Shown: piece by piece, positions 27,511 to 36,745 of the stretch
Position numbering within the stretch: the stretch's first letter is position 1
Layout of the letters: each line of letters begins with the position of its first letter
Source of the DNA: Actinoplanes sp.
GTDB lineage: Bacteria; Actinomycetota; Actinomycetes; Mycobacteriales; Micromonosporaceae
DNA length: 39,269 nucleotides
Direction of reading: 5' to 3'
NCBI GenBank assembly: GCA_036557765.1
Contig: DATBGW010000139.1
Coordinates: 1 to 39,269 of the forward strand
The notes under the pieces: model-generated
The model's database searches: none
Told to the model about the DNA's origin: nothing
The model's input: the letters and a program-made list of their open reading frames with translations, nothing else
Program-made: the position numbers and the translations under genes

Positions 27511-28469
27511 TGCCGCTCTGGCTGGACCTGGCCATCCGGGTCATCGCGGTCGTCGCCGGCTTCCTCCTCCTACCGTTGGTCGTCGGCCAGGTCGAACACA
27601 AGGTGATGGCGCACATGCAGGGCCGCCTCGGCCCCATGTACGCCGGCGCGTACCACGGCTGGGCGCAGCTCATCGCCGACGGCGTTAAGTTCGTGCAGAA
27701 GGAGGACATCACCCCGGGCCAGGCGGATCGGAGCGTGTTCCGGCTCGCGCCGCTCGTCGCGCTGTTCCCGTACCTGCTGATCCTGGTCGCCATTCCGCTC
27801 GGACCCGGTGGCCTGGTCGCCCAGGCCCTGGACGTCGGGCTGTTCTTCGTGCTCGCAGTGCTCGGCGTCGGCGTGGTCGCCGTGCTCATGTCGGCGTGGG
27901 CGTCGGCCAACAAGTACAGCCTGCTCGGCGGCCTGCGCGGGGCGGCACAGCTGCTGGCGTACGAGCTGCCGCTGGTGCTCGCCGCGGCCAGCGTCGCGAT
28001 GGCCGCCGGCACGCTGAGTCTGCCCGGCATCGTGGCGGCGTGGTCGCCGTGGTGGCTGCTCTGGCAGCTGCCCGCCGCGGTGGTGTTCTTCGTCGCCGGG
28101 GTGGCGGAGATCCGGCGGCCGCCGTTCGACATGCCGATCGCCGACTCCGAGCTGGTGTTCGGCTACATGACCGAGTACACCGGTCTGCGCTTCGCGTTCT
28201 TCCTGCTAGCCGAGTACGTCGGCATCGTGGTGATCGCCGCGCTCACCACCGTGCTGTTCCTGGGCGGCTGGCACGGCCCGTTCGCCGAACAGCTCGGCTG
28301 GCTCTGGACGCTGATCAAGGTGTTCGCGGTGTCGTTCCTGATCATCTGGCTGCGGGTCACCTACCCGCGGCTGCGCGAGGACCAGCTGCAACGTCTGTGC
28401 TGGCTGGTGCTGGTCCCGGTAGCGCTGGCTCAGCTCGTGTTGACCGCGGTCGTAAAGGTGCTGACCTAG
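27510..28469 (+). CDS. nuoH: NADH-quinone oxidoreductase subunit H
   Basis: EHKVMAHMQGRLGP, QLIADGVKFVQKE, NKYSLLGGLR, PFDMP..DSEL..GYMTEY, YPRLREDQL. Confidence 0.96.
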   Translation: MPLWLDLAIRVIAVVAGFLLLPLVVGQVEHKVMAHMQGRLGPMYAGAYHGWAQLIADGVKFVQKEDITPGQADRSVFRLAPLVALFPYLLILVAIPLGPGGLVAQALDVGLFFVLAVLGVGVVAVLMSAWASANKYSLLGGLRGAAQLLAYELPLVLAAASVAMAAGTLSLPGIVAAWSPWWLLWQLPAAVVFFVAGVAEIRRPPFDMPIADSELVFGYMTEYTGLRFAFFLLAEYVGIVVIAALTTVLFLGGWHGPFAEQLGWLWTLIKVFAVSFLIIWLRVTYPRLREDQLQRLCWLVLVPVALAQLVLTAVVKVLT

Positions 28470-29035
28470 AAGTAGCGAGGGGTCAGCGCGCTGATCGGGA
28501 TCTCGATCGGCCACGGCTCCGGCGTACCGATGATCTCGCCGAATGCCCCGACGGGCTCGTACACCTCGTGCGCAGGATCGATCTTGTGAGCGTGCACCAC
28601 GATGCCGCCGTCGGTCTCGATCCGCCAGTAGTACGGGATGCCCGCCCGGGCGTAGAGCGCCGGCTTGGTGATCCGGTCCATGCTCTGTGAGGTCGGCGAG
28701 ACGATCTCCACGGCGAGGACGACCTCGTGTGGCGCGAAGCGATGCAGGGCCCGCTGGGCCGCCTCGTCGGTGACCACCAGCACGTCGGGGATGAACGACC
28801 GCCGCGGGCTGATCCGCACCTCGACGGCCTGCGTCACTTCATACGCCCGCGGGCAGCTCTGCTCCAGCGCCACCATCAGGCGCATAGCGATGATCTGGTG
28901 GACCGATGTGGGCGACGGGGACACGAGCAGCGCGCCGTCGAGCAACTCGCGGCGCACGCCGTCCTCGGGCAGAGAGTCGAGATCATCGGTGCTCCAGACG
29001 TGCCCCGGTGGTCTGTACGGCAGCGCAGCGGTCAT
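28466..29035 (-). CDS. Uma2 family PD-(D/E)XK endonuclease
   Basis: RELLDGALLVSPSP..H, IPDVLV, LAVEIVSP, DRITK..LYARAGIPYYW; start re-assigned to ATG 29035. Confidence 0.9.
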   Translation of the reverse strand: MTAALPYRPPGHVWSTDDLDSLPEDGVRRELLDGALLVSPSPTSVHQIIAMRLMVALEQSCPRAYEVTQAVEVRISPRRSFIPDVLVVTDEAAQRALHRFAPHEVVLAVEIVSPTSQSMDRITKPALYARAGIPYYWRIETDGGIVVHAHKIDPAHEVYEPVGAFGEIIGTPEPWPIEIPISALTPRYF

Positions 29036-29119
29036 CGCGAGCCTGCGAACGTCACGGTACTGCAAGATCTGAGGGGGTGTGTTCCCGCACCGTGGACGGA
29101 CGGGGCAGGATAGGGCCTT

Positions 29120-29788
29120 GTGACTGACAACGGGGAGCGGCACGGGCAGGGCAAGGGTCTGCTCAACGGGCTCGCGGTCACCTTCCGGACGATGACCAGG
29201 CGCTCGACCACCCGCCAGTACCCGGACGTCGAGCCGGACCTCCCGCCCCGCTCCCGCGGCGTCATCGCGCTGCTCGAGGAGAACTGCACGGTCTGCATGC
29301 TGTGCGCCCGCGAGTGCCCGGACTGGTGCATCTACATCGACTCGCACAAGGAGGAGGTCGTTGTCCCCGGCGCGGCGCGGCCCCGGCAGCGCAACGTGCT
29401 CGACCGGTTCGACATCGACTTCTCCCTCTGCATGTACTGCGGCATCTGCATCGAGGCCTGCCCGTTCGACGCGCTCTATTGGACCCCCGAATTCGAGTAC
29501 GCCGAGTACGACATCCGTAACCTGCTGCACGACAAGGACCGCCTCGGCGACTGGATGCCGTCCGTTCCGCCGCCGCCGCCGCACGACCCGATCGGCGAGC
29601 CGTCGAAAGAGGAGGCCACCGCCGCGCGCAAGGCCGCCGGCCCGGGCACGCCAACCGCCGCCAAGACCGCCGCGGGGGTACGGGCGCCGGTGCGCCCAAC
29701 CGCAGAGCAGGGTGTACCGCCTTCCCGGCCGGCGTCCGAACCTCCCGAGGCCGCTGCGCCGCCGCCGGGCGAGGAGCCGGAGACGTGA
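29120..29788 (+). CDS. nuoI: NADH-quinone oxidoreductase subunit I (2x[4Fe-4S])
   Basis: [12 protein letters not shown] and [12 protein letters not shown]; Pro/Ala-rich tail. Confidence 0.95.
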   Translation: MTDNGERHGQGKGLLNGLAVTFRTMTRRSTTRQYPDVEPDLPPRSRGVIALLEENCTVCMLCARECPDWCIYIDSHKEEVVVPGAARPRQRNVLDRFDIDFSLCMYCGICIEACPFDALYWTPEFEYAEYDIRNLLHDKDRLGDWMPSVPPPPPHDPIGEPSKEEATAARKAAGPGTPTAAKTAAGVRAPVRPTAEQGVPPSRPASEPPEAAAPPPGEEPET

Positions 29789-30324
29789 CCATCGCCAACA
29801 TGACCGTCGCGGACGCGCTGCTGCTCGCGCTCGGCGTCATCGCGGTCGGCTCCGGCGCCCTCGTCGTGACCAGCACGCATCTGGTCCGCGCCGGCCTGTA
29901 CCTGGTGGTGAGCCTGGGTTCGGTCGCCGGCCTCTACCTCGTGCTCGGCGCCGAGCTGGTGGCCTGGGTCCAGGTGCTGGTGTACGTCGGCGCGGTGGTG
30001 GTGCTGCTGCTGTTCGCGGTGATGCTGACCCGCGCCCCGATCGGCCCGTCGGGAGATCTCGACCGGCCGGCCTGGGCGGCCGCGATCATCGGCGCCGGCG
30101 TGGGTCTCGGTCTCGCCGCGCTGCTGGTCGGCGCGTTCCACTGGACCCTGTATCCGCTGCCGGTGCCCGGCACGGCCGCCCAGATGGGCGGGGAGATCTT
30201 CGGCGCCTGGGTGCTGCCGTTCGAGGTGCTGTCGATCCTGCTGCTGGCGGCCCTGGTCGGCGCGATCGTGCTGTCCCGGCCGGACATCGGGGCGCGTCGG
30301 AACGCGGAGGCGGACACCCACTGA
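29785..30324 (+). CDS. nuoJ: NADH-quinone oxidoreductase subunit J
   Basis: [44 protein letters not shown]; start may be ATG 29800. Confidence 0.94.
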   Translation: MTIANMTVADALLLALGVIAVGSGALVVTSTHLVRAGLYLVVSLGSVAGLYLVLGAELVAWVQVLVYVGAVVVLLLFAVMLTRAPIGPSGDLDRPAWAAAIIGAGVGLGLAALLVGAFHWTLYPLPVPGTAAQMGGEIFGAWVLPFEVLSILLLAALVGAIVLSRPDIGARRNAEADTH

Positions 30325-30644
30325 TGCATGCCGTCATCCCGTATCTCACGGGCGCCCTGCTCTTCGGGCTGGGCGTCTACGGCGTGCTGCGGCGCCGCAA
30401 CGCGATCCTCGTGCTCATGGCGGTCGAGCTGATGCTCAACGCGGTAAACGTCATCTTCGTGACCGCCGACGTCACCGTCCGCGGCACCGGCGCGCACGCG
30501 GGCGCGGTCTTCGCCCTGTTCGTCATCGTGCTGGCCGCCGCCGAGGTGGGGGTCGGGCTCGCCATCGTGCTGCAGTACTACCGGGTGCGGCACGCGGTCG
30601 CGGTCGACGAGGTGCGGCTGGATGACGAAAAGGTCCCGCAATGA
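30324..30644 (+). CDS. nuoK: NADH-quinone oxidoreductase subunit K
   Basis: GVLRRRNAILVLMAVELMLNAVN, AAAEVGVGLAI; ATG overlaps the nuoJ stop. Confidence 0.94.
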   Translation: MHAVIPYLTGALLFGLGVYGVLRRRNAILVLMAVELMLNAVNVIFVTADVTVRGTGAHAGAVFALFVIVLAAAEVGVGLAIVLQYYRVRHAVAVDEVRLDDEKVPQ

Positions 30645-32488
30645 GTGCGGGCGCGCTGCTGCCGGGCGTACCGCTGGCATTGGGTCTGATCGGGCTGCTG
30701 CTGACGCCCGGCGACGGCGACCGGAGGGTACGGCGCGCGGCCGCCGCGCTCGGCGTGGCCGGCGCCGCCATCGTCCTCGCCGTCGCGGTGATCCTGCTGT
30801 TCGCGGAGAACGGCATTGTGGAGTCGAGCCGGATCTGGGTGCGGTTCGGCGACATCACCGTGACCCTCGGCACGTCGCTCGGGCCGGCGGCGTTGTATGT
30901 GGCGATCGCCGTCGCGGTGGTCGCGCTGGCCGTGCAGGTCTACTCGATCGGGTACCTGCACGACGATCCCCGGTACGCCCCGTACGCCGCGCAGGTGAGC
31001 CTGTTCACCGGCGCGATGCTGCTGGTCGTCACGTCCGGGGACCTCCTGTTGCTGCTGATCGGCTGGGAGGTGATGGGCGCCTGCTCATACCTCCTGATCG
31101 GGCACGACCGGCGCCTGCCGGACGCGCCGGCCGCCGCGGTCAAGGCGTTCCTGGTGACCCGCGTCGGTGACGTCGGATTTCTGCTCGGTGTCGTGGTGCT
31201 CGCCGTCGGGGCCGGCACCACGCGGATCTCAACCGTGCTCGCGCACGACTATCCCTCCGGGACACTCACTGCGGCGGTGCTCCTGCTGCTGGCCGGCGTC
31301 GCCGGTAAGAGCGCCCAGTTCCCGTTGCACACGTGGCTCCCGGACGCGATGGCCGGCCCCACCCCGATCTCCGCGCTGATCCACGCCGCGACCATGGTGG
31401 CGGCCGGCGTCTACGTCGTGTTCCGGTTGTACCCGCTGTTCGAACACGCTCCGGCGGCGCTCGCCGTGCTCGGCGTGATGGCGGCCGTGACGCTGTTGCT
31501 TGGTGCGTTGGCGGCCACCGCCGAGGACGACATCAAACGTGTGCTGGCCTGGTCCACAGTGTCCCAGCTCAGCTACATGACCGGTGCGCTCGCCGTCGGA
31601 TCGCCCGGCGCCGCGCTGTTCCACCTCCTGACCCACGCCGCGTTCAAAGCGCTGCTGTTCCTTGCTGCCGGCGCGGTCATCCACGCCGTCGGCACGAACT
31701 CGATGTCCCGGATGGGTGGCCTGCGCAAGGACATGCCGGTGACGTTCTGGTCGATGGCGATCGGCCTGGGCGCCCTGGCCGGGGTACCGCCGCTGTCCGG
31801 CTTCTGGTCCAAGGAGAACGTCCTGGTGGCGGCAGCGCACGCCACCGAGGGTGGCGGCCCGGCGCCCGCCTGGGTGGGCTGGATGGTGTGGATCGCCGCG
31901 CTCGCCGGTGTCGCGATCACCGCCTGGTACGCGACGCGGCTGCTGCTCAGGACGTTCTTCGGCGTGGCCCGGACCGCCGTCACGGCGCACGACCCGCCCG
32001 CGGTGATGCTGTGGCCGGTGATGCTGCTCGCGGTCGCCGCCGCGGTGCGGGGGCTTGCGGCGTTCCTGCCCGCGTTCCGGACGGCACTGGAGCTGGAGGC
32101 GCCGCACCTCGGTGTGTCGATCGTGCTTCCGCTCGTGCTGCTGGTGCTCGGCGCGGGGACGGCATGGTGGCTCTGGCGGGCCGCGCCCGCCGCCGACCCG
32201 GCCAGAGCGCTCGGTCCGTTGCGTCCGGTGTTCGCGAACGGTTTCTACCTCGACGCCGTGCAGGATCGCCTGGTCGTCCGGCCGGTGTACGCGCTCGCCG
32301 GTCTGGTCCGCAGCGTGGACGAAACAGTGGTCGACGGCGCGGTCGACGGCACCGGCGCGTCCACGACGCAGCTCGGAGCGCGGGTCGCCGCCGTCCACCG
32401 CGCCGCGTTGCCGTGGGCGACCACGGCGGTGTTCACCGGCGCGCTGCTGCTCGGCGTGGCCGCCGCGATCTACGGGGCCGCGACATGA
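30641..32488 (+). CDS. nuoL: NADH-quinone oxidoreductase subunit L
   Basis: GWEVMGACSYLLIG, RVGDVG, GKSAQFPLHTWLPDAMAGPTPISALIHAATMV, HAAFKALLFL, SGFWSKE. Confidence 0.96.
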   Translation: MSAGALLPGVPLALGLIGLLLTPGDGDRRVRRAAAALGVAGAAIVLAVAVILLFAENGIVESSRIWVRFGDITVTLGTSLGPAALYVAIAVAVVALAVQVYSIGYLHDDPRYAPYAAQVSLFTGAMLLVVTSGDLLLLLIGWEVMGACSYLLIGHDRRLPDAPAAAVKAFLVTRVGDVGFLLGVVVLAVGAGTTRISTVLAHDYPSGTLTAAVLLLLAGVAGKSAQFPLHTWLPDAMAGPTPISALIHAATMVAAGVYVVFRLYPLFEHAPAALAVLGVMAAVTLLLGALAATAEDDIKRVLAWSTVSQLSYMTGALAVGSPGAALFHLLTHAAFKALLFLAAGAVIHAVGTNSMSRMGGLRKDMPVTFWSMAIGLGALAGVPPLSGFWSKENVLVAAAHATEGGGPAPAWVGWMVWIAALAGVAITAWYATRLLLRTFFGVARTAVTAHDPPAVMLWPVMLLAVAAAVRGLAAFLPAFRTALELEAPHLGVSIVLPLVLLVLGAGTAWWLWRAAPAADPARALGPLRPVFANGFYLDAVQDRLVVRPVYALAGLVRSVDETVVDGAVDGTGASTTQLGARVAAVHRAALPWATTAVFTGALLLGVAAAIYGAAT

Positions 32489-33996
32489 ACGGCGTCCTGC
32501 TCGTGTCCGTGCTGGCCGTGCCGGCGGTCGGCGCGCTCGTGGTCGCGCTGTTCCCGGCGCACCGGGACCGGACCGCGCGCCAGGTGGCCGCGGCAATCGC
32601 CGCGGTGACGTTCGTCCTGACCGTCCTGCTGGGGGTGAGCCGCAACGCCACCTGGTTCTCGTACGGCGCGGGCGTGCCGTCCATCCGGCCGTGGGCCGAA
32701 CTCAACGTCGCCTGGGTGCCCGCCCTGACCATCGACTTCCACCTCGGCGTGGACGGCCTCTCGTACCCGCTGATCGTGCTGACCGGGCTGCTGACGCTGC
32801 TCTGCTGCCTGTACACGGTCCGCACCGTCCCCGACGGCGGCCCGGGTCGGGTGCTTGCGGCGCTGCTGCTGGTCCTCGAGGTCGGCATCGTCGGCACGTT
32901 CCTGGCGCTCGACCTGGTGTTGTTCTTCATCTTCTTCGAGGTCGTACTGCTGCCGATGTACGCGGTGATCGCCGGCTGGGGTGGGCTGGAGCGCCGGCGG
33001 GCGGCCCGCAAGTTCGTGCTCTACACGCTGTTCGGCTCGGTCCTGCTGCTGCTCGGCGTGCTGACCGTGGTGGTGGCGGCCGGCACCGGCGACATGATGG
33101 CGCTGGCCGGCGGTCTGGGATTGTCCACGCGTACCCAGTACGCCGCCTTCGCGCTGTTCGCTGTCGCGTTCGCGGTCAAGGCGCCGCTGTGGCCACTGCA
33201 TACCTGGCTGCCGGACGCGCACACCGAGGCGCCGACGGTCGGGTCCGTGATCCTGGCCGGCGTGCTGCTCAAGATGGGCACGTACGGCCTGATCCGGGTG
33301 GGCGTGGGTGTGGCGCCGCTCGGCGCGGCGTGGGCGGCGCCGGTGATCGGCGTGCTGGCGGTGGCGGCGATCGTCGTCGGATCCCTGGTGTGCCTGCGCC
33401 TGACCGAGCTGAAACGGCTGATCGCGTACTCCAGCGTCAGCCACATGGGATTCGTCCTGCTCGGCATCGCGACGCTGACGGTGACCGGTGTGCAGGCGGC
33501 GCTGATCGGCAACGTGGCACACGGCGTGATCACCGGACTGCTGTTCTTCCTGGCCGGGGCCATCAAGGACCGCGCGCACACCGGCCACCTGGCCGCGCTG
33601 GGCGGGCTGCGGGAGACCGCTCCGCGGCTGGCCGGGCTGCTCGGATTCGCCGCGATCGCCTCCCTTGGCCTGCCCGGTCTGGCCGGGTTCTGGGGCGAGG
33701 CGTTCGCCGTGCTGGCGTCCGTGCGGCGGGGCGGCGACCTGTGGATCGCGCTGGCCGTGATCGCCGCCCTCGGCGGGGCGCTCACCGCGGCGTACTTCCT
33801 GCGCCTCCTGCGACGGGTCACCCACGGACCGGCCGGCCCCGCGGTCCGCGACCTCCCGCAGCCACGGGTGTCCGGGGTGGAATGGGCGGCCTGGGCACCG
33901 CTCGTCGGGCTGGCCCTGGCGATCGGGCTGGCGCCGGCGCTGGTGCTGGCCGCGACGGCCGATCCGATCGCCGCGCTCACCGAGGTGGTGCGGTGA
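32485..33996 (+). CDS. nuoM: NADH-quinone oxidoreductase subunit M
   Basis: GVDGLS, FFEVVLLPMY, AVKAPLWPLHTWLPDAHTEAPT, LLKMGTYG, KRLIAYSSVSHMG; ATG 32485 overlaps the nuoL stop. Confidence 0.96.
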   Translation: MNGVLLVSVLAVPAVGALVVALFPAHRDRTARQVAAAIAAVTFVLTVLLGVSRNATWFSYGAGVPSIRPWAELNVAWVPALTIDFHLGVDGLSYPLIVLTGLLTLLCCLYTVRTVPDGGPGRVLAALLLVLEVGIVGTFLALDLVLFFIFFEVVLLPMYAVIAGWGGLERRRAARKFVLYTLFGSVLLLLGVLTVVVAAGTGDMMALAGGLGLSTRTQYAAFALFAVAFAVKAPLWPLHTWLPDAHTEAPTVGSVILAGVLLKMGTYGLIRVGVGVAPLGAAWAAPVIGVLAVAAIVVGSLVCLRLTELKRLIAYSSVSHMGFVLLGIATLTVTGVQAALIGNVAHGVITGLLFFLAGAIKDRAHTGHLAALGGLRETAPRLAGLLGFAAIASLGLPGLAGFWGEAFAVLASVRRGGDLWIALAVIAALGGALTAAYFLRLLRRVTHGPAGPAVRDLPQPRVSGVEWAAWAPLVGLALAIGLAPALVLAATADPIAALTEVVR

Positions 33997-35423
33997 CCCA
34001 GCCCATCGACCACGCCGCGTTGCTGCCGCTCTACGCGGCCGCCGCCGCCGCCCTGCTGGTGCTGATCGCGGACCTGGTCACCGGCCGGCGGGGCCCGGTC
34101 ATCGGCACCGCGGCGGTGGGCGCGACCGTGACCGCGGTGGCCGCGGCCGTCAGCGCGAGCCGGCCTGCAACGTTCTGTGTGGGGACGGCGTGCTCGTGGG
34201 TGCCCGCCCCGCGGGCCGCGACCGTGGCGGTGCTGTTCGCGGGGCTGACGCTCGGGGTGCTGGCGCTGTCCGTGCCCGCGCTCCGCGCGGGCACGGCCCC
34301 CGCCGGCGAGGTGTGCTTCCTGCTGGTGAGCTCGATGACCGGTGGCGTGGTGATCGGGTACGCGGGCGACCTGATCACGCTGATCGTCGGGCTGGAAACG
34401 CTCACGCTGCCGCTGTACGTGCTGGTCGGCCTGCGCCGGTTCGCGCCGCGGGAGCGGCCGACGACGGCCGGCGCGTCCGCCGCCGTCACATTCCTGCTTG
34501 TAAGCGTCATCTCGACGGCGATCGCCCTGCTCGGCGCGGCGTTGCTGTACGCGTCCACCGGCGCGTTGCACCTGGCACTGTTGCACCAGGCGACCGGCCC
34601 GCTGGCGCCGCTCGGCACGGTCGGCATGTCGCTGGTGGTGATCGGCTTCGCGTTCAAGGTTGCAGCGGTCCCGTTGCACGCGTGGGCGCCGCCGACGTAC
34701 GACGGCGCGCCGCTGCCGATCGCCGCCTATCTGTCGACCGCGTCCAAGCTCGGCGGCGTCCTGGCACTGGTGGCGGTCGTGCCGCGGGTGGACACCGGTC
34801 CGCTGCTCGCGGTACTGGCGGTGCTGACCATGACGGTCGGGAACCTCGTGGCGCTGCGGCAGACCCGGATGGTCCGTTTGCTGGCGTGGTCGTCGGTGGC
34901 CCAGGCGGGGTACATCCTCGCGCCGCTGGTGGCCGGCGGAAGCGGCGTGGTGGCCGCGATCGCGTACGCGGGGTTCTTCGTGGTGCTGGAACTGCTGGCG
35001 TTCGGTGTCGTGGTGGCGCTGCGCCCACCCGGGGCCGATGGTGGCGAGATCGTGGCCTATCGCGGCGCGGCCCGGCGGTCGCCGTGGCTGGGCGCCGCGT
35101 TCGTGTTGGCGCTGGCCGGCCTGGCCGGGCTGCCGCCCGGCCTGGCCGGCCTGTTCGCGAAGGTCACGATCGTGGACTCGCTCATCGACACCGGCTGGGG
35201 CTGGCTGGCCGGGGTGGTGGCGGTGAACGCCGTGATCGCCCTCGCCTACTACATCCGGGTGGCGGCCGTCCCGTACGCGGGCCCGGTCGGCCTGGCGGTG
35301 GCCGATCTGCGCCCCCCGAAGCTGCCGGTCACTTGGCCGGTGGCGGCTGCTTTGGTAGCCGCGGCCGGCGTGGCCGTGGTCCTGGGCTTCGCCCCCCAGC
35401 TCCTCTTCAACGCCCTGAGCTGA
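33993..35423 (+). CDS. nuoN: NADH-quinone oxidoreductase subunit N
   Basis: GLETLTLPLYVL, FKVAAVPLHAWAPPTYDGAP, STASK, GNLVAL.Q, RLLAWSS, LAGLPP; GTG 33993 overlaps the nuoM stop. Confidence 0.94.
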   Translation: MTQPIDHAALLPLYAAAAAALLVLIADLVTGRRGPVIGTAAVGATVTAVAAAVSASRPATFCVGTACSWVPAPRAATVAVLFAGLTLGVLALSVPALRAGTAPAGEVCFLLVSSMTGGVVIGYAGDLITLIVGLETLTLPLYVLVGLRRFAPRERPTTAGASAAVTFLLVSVISTAIALLGAALLYASTGALHLALLHQATGPLAPLGTVGMSLVVIGFAFKVAAVPLHAWAPPTYDGAPLPIAAYLSTASKLGGVLALVAVVPRVDTGPLLAVLAVLTMTVGNLVALRQTRMVRLLAWSSVAQAGYILAPLVAGGSGVVAAIAYAGFFVVLELLAFGVVVALRPPGADGGEIVAYRGAARRSPWLGAAFVLALAGLAGLPPGLAGLFAKVTIVDSLIDTGWGWLAGVVAVNAVIALAYYIRVAAVPYAGPVGLAVADLRPPKLPVTWPVAAALVAAAGVAVVLGFAPQLLFNALS

Positions 35424-35441
35424 AGACGCCGCTCCAAAGAA

Positions 35442-35524
35442 CCTCCGCGATCTTGGAGCTGTGGTTGCCCTTTTGCGGCTTTCGGGCCCATTCGTGCCAA
35501 CCACAACTCCAAGATCGGCGGAGG
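35442..35524. repeat. Palindromic element copy 6 (core 35449-35516, reverse orientation)
   Basis: One substitution in the left arm (GAGCTGTGG); 30-nt spacer CCCTTTTGCGGCTTTCGGGCCCATTCGTGC. Confidence 0.95.
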
Positions 35525-35531
35525 GAGCTGC

Positions 35532-35559
35532 GTTCAGCGAGCGCACAGGCATCTCACAG
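35532..35559 (+). promoter_or_regulatory. Possible OmpR/MprA-type direct-repeat operator upstream of htpX
   Basis: GTTCAG, GCACAG, TCACAG with an exact 11-bp period. Confidence 0.35.
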
Positions 35560-35637
35560 TCAACGGTGGATGAATTCCAAGCGGATCGACGTTCACTGGG
35601 ATGTGGGCTCACCGGCCCGCATGCTGAAGGAGACAAC

Positions 35638-36525
35638 GTGCATCGCCATCACAACGGCCTCAAGACGGCCGCTTTGTTGGGTCTGCTCACCGCCATGATT
35701 CTCGCCGTCGGCTACTGGCTCGGCGGCACCGGCGGACTGGTGTTCGCCGTCATGATCTCGCTGGCTCTGAACGTCGGCAGCTACTTCTTCTCCGACAAGA
35801 TCGCGCTGCGGGCCATGCGGGCGCGGCCGGTCAGCGAGGCGGAGTTTCCCGCGTTCTACCAGATCGTCCGCGAACTCGCGACCGAGGCCGGCCAGCCGAT
35901 GCCGCGGCTATATGTGAGCCCGTCGATGCAGCCGAACGCGTTCGCGACCGGCCGCAACCCGCAGAACGCCGCGGTCGCCGTGACCCTGGGCATCACCCAG
36001 CTGCTGGATCGGCGCGAGCTGCGCGGCGTCATCGGGCACGAGCTGTCCCATGTGTACAACCGGGACATCCTCATCTCGAGCGTCGCCGCGGCGCTTGCCG
36101 GCATCATCACGATGCTGGCCCAGCTGGCGATCTTCCTGCCGCTCGGCGGCGGTGACGACGAGGACTCGCCGAACCCTGTCTCGCTGCTGCTCATGCTGAT
36201 CCTGGGCCCGTTGGCCGCGAGCGTCATCCAGCTCGCCATCAGCCGTAACCGCGAGTACCAGGCGGACGCGTCCGGCGCGACGCTGACCCGCGACCCGCTG
36301 GCACTGGCCAGTGCGCTACAGAAGATCCAGTACGGTACCCAGCGCCTGCCGTTGCCGGCCGAGGGCCAGCTGACCAGCTCGGCGCACCTGATGATCGCCA
36401 ACCCGTTCCGGGGCGGCGGGATGGCGTCGCTGTTCTCGACGCACCCGCCGATGGAGGAGCGGATCCGCCGGCTGCACGAGCTGGCCGCCGTGACCGGCAC
36501 CGGCCCGGTGCGATACGCCCGCTGA
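35638..36525 (+). CDS. htpX: Zinc metalloprotease HtpX (M48)
   Basis: PNAFATGRNP, GVIGHELSHV.NRD, SRNREYQAD, LFSTHPP..ERI; AAGGAG RBS before GTG 35638. Confidence 0.96.
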   Translation: MHRHHNGLKTAALLGLLTAMILAVGYWLGGTGGLVFAVMISLALNVGSYFFSDKIALRAMRARPVSEAEFPAFYQIVRELATEAGQPMPRLYVSPSMQPNAFATGRNPQNAAVAVTLGITQLLDRRELRGVIGHELSHVYNRDILISSVAAALAGIITMLAQLAIFLPLGGGDDEDSPNPVSLLLMLILGPLAASVIQLAISRNREYQADASGATLTRDPLALASALQKIQYGTQRLPLPAEGQLTSSAHLMIANPFRGGGMASLFSTHPPMEERIRRLHELAAVTGTGPVRYAR

Positions 36526-36543
36526 CCCCCATCCCCTTCCCCG

Positions 36544-36613
36544 CGATCTTGGAGTTGTGGTTGCCTTTTTGTCCGATGAGGACATATTCGATCCAACCAC
36601 AACTCCAAGATCG
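36544..36613. repeat. Palindromic element copy 7 (core 36545-36612, reverse orientation)
   Basis: Perfect arms around the 30-nt spacer CCTTTTTGTCCGATGAGGACATATTCGATC. Confidence 0.95.
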
Positions 36614-36626
36614 GCAAGAGCTCGAT

Positions 36627-36658
36627 GGCCTGTCATGGGGTGACCTCCATGACAGGCC
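36627..36658. terminator. 12-bp stem hairpin (terminator or operator) between htpX and MFS
   Basis: GGCCTGTCATGG-N8-CCATGACAGGCC. Confidence 0.5.
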
Positions 36659-36745
36659 GCTCTATTTCGGATGAGTCCCGCACCTCCACGGCGTTAGGTT
36701 CAGCAGGCCTTTTCGCCCGTTACCGATGATCGTGGAGGTGGACCC

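Noticed and set aside
31333-35423. Apparent 887-aa and 1122-aa fusion proteins in the nuo region
   Set aside because: Upstream parts are off-frame read-through of nuoL/nuoM; real starts are ATG 32485 (nuoM) and GTG 33993 (nuoN), each overlapping the previous stop.
12552-36613. Palindromes as integron attC sites delimiting gene cassettes (htpX and DUF3152 are each bracketed)
   Set aside because: attC needs RYYYAAC on the left and GTTRRRY on the right with extrahelical bases; here the order is GTT...AAC with perfect arms. The bracketed genes are syntenic core genes and there is no integrase.
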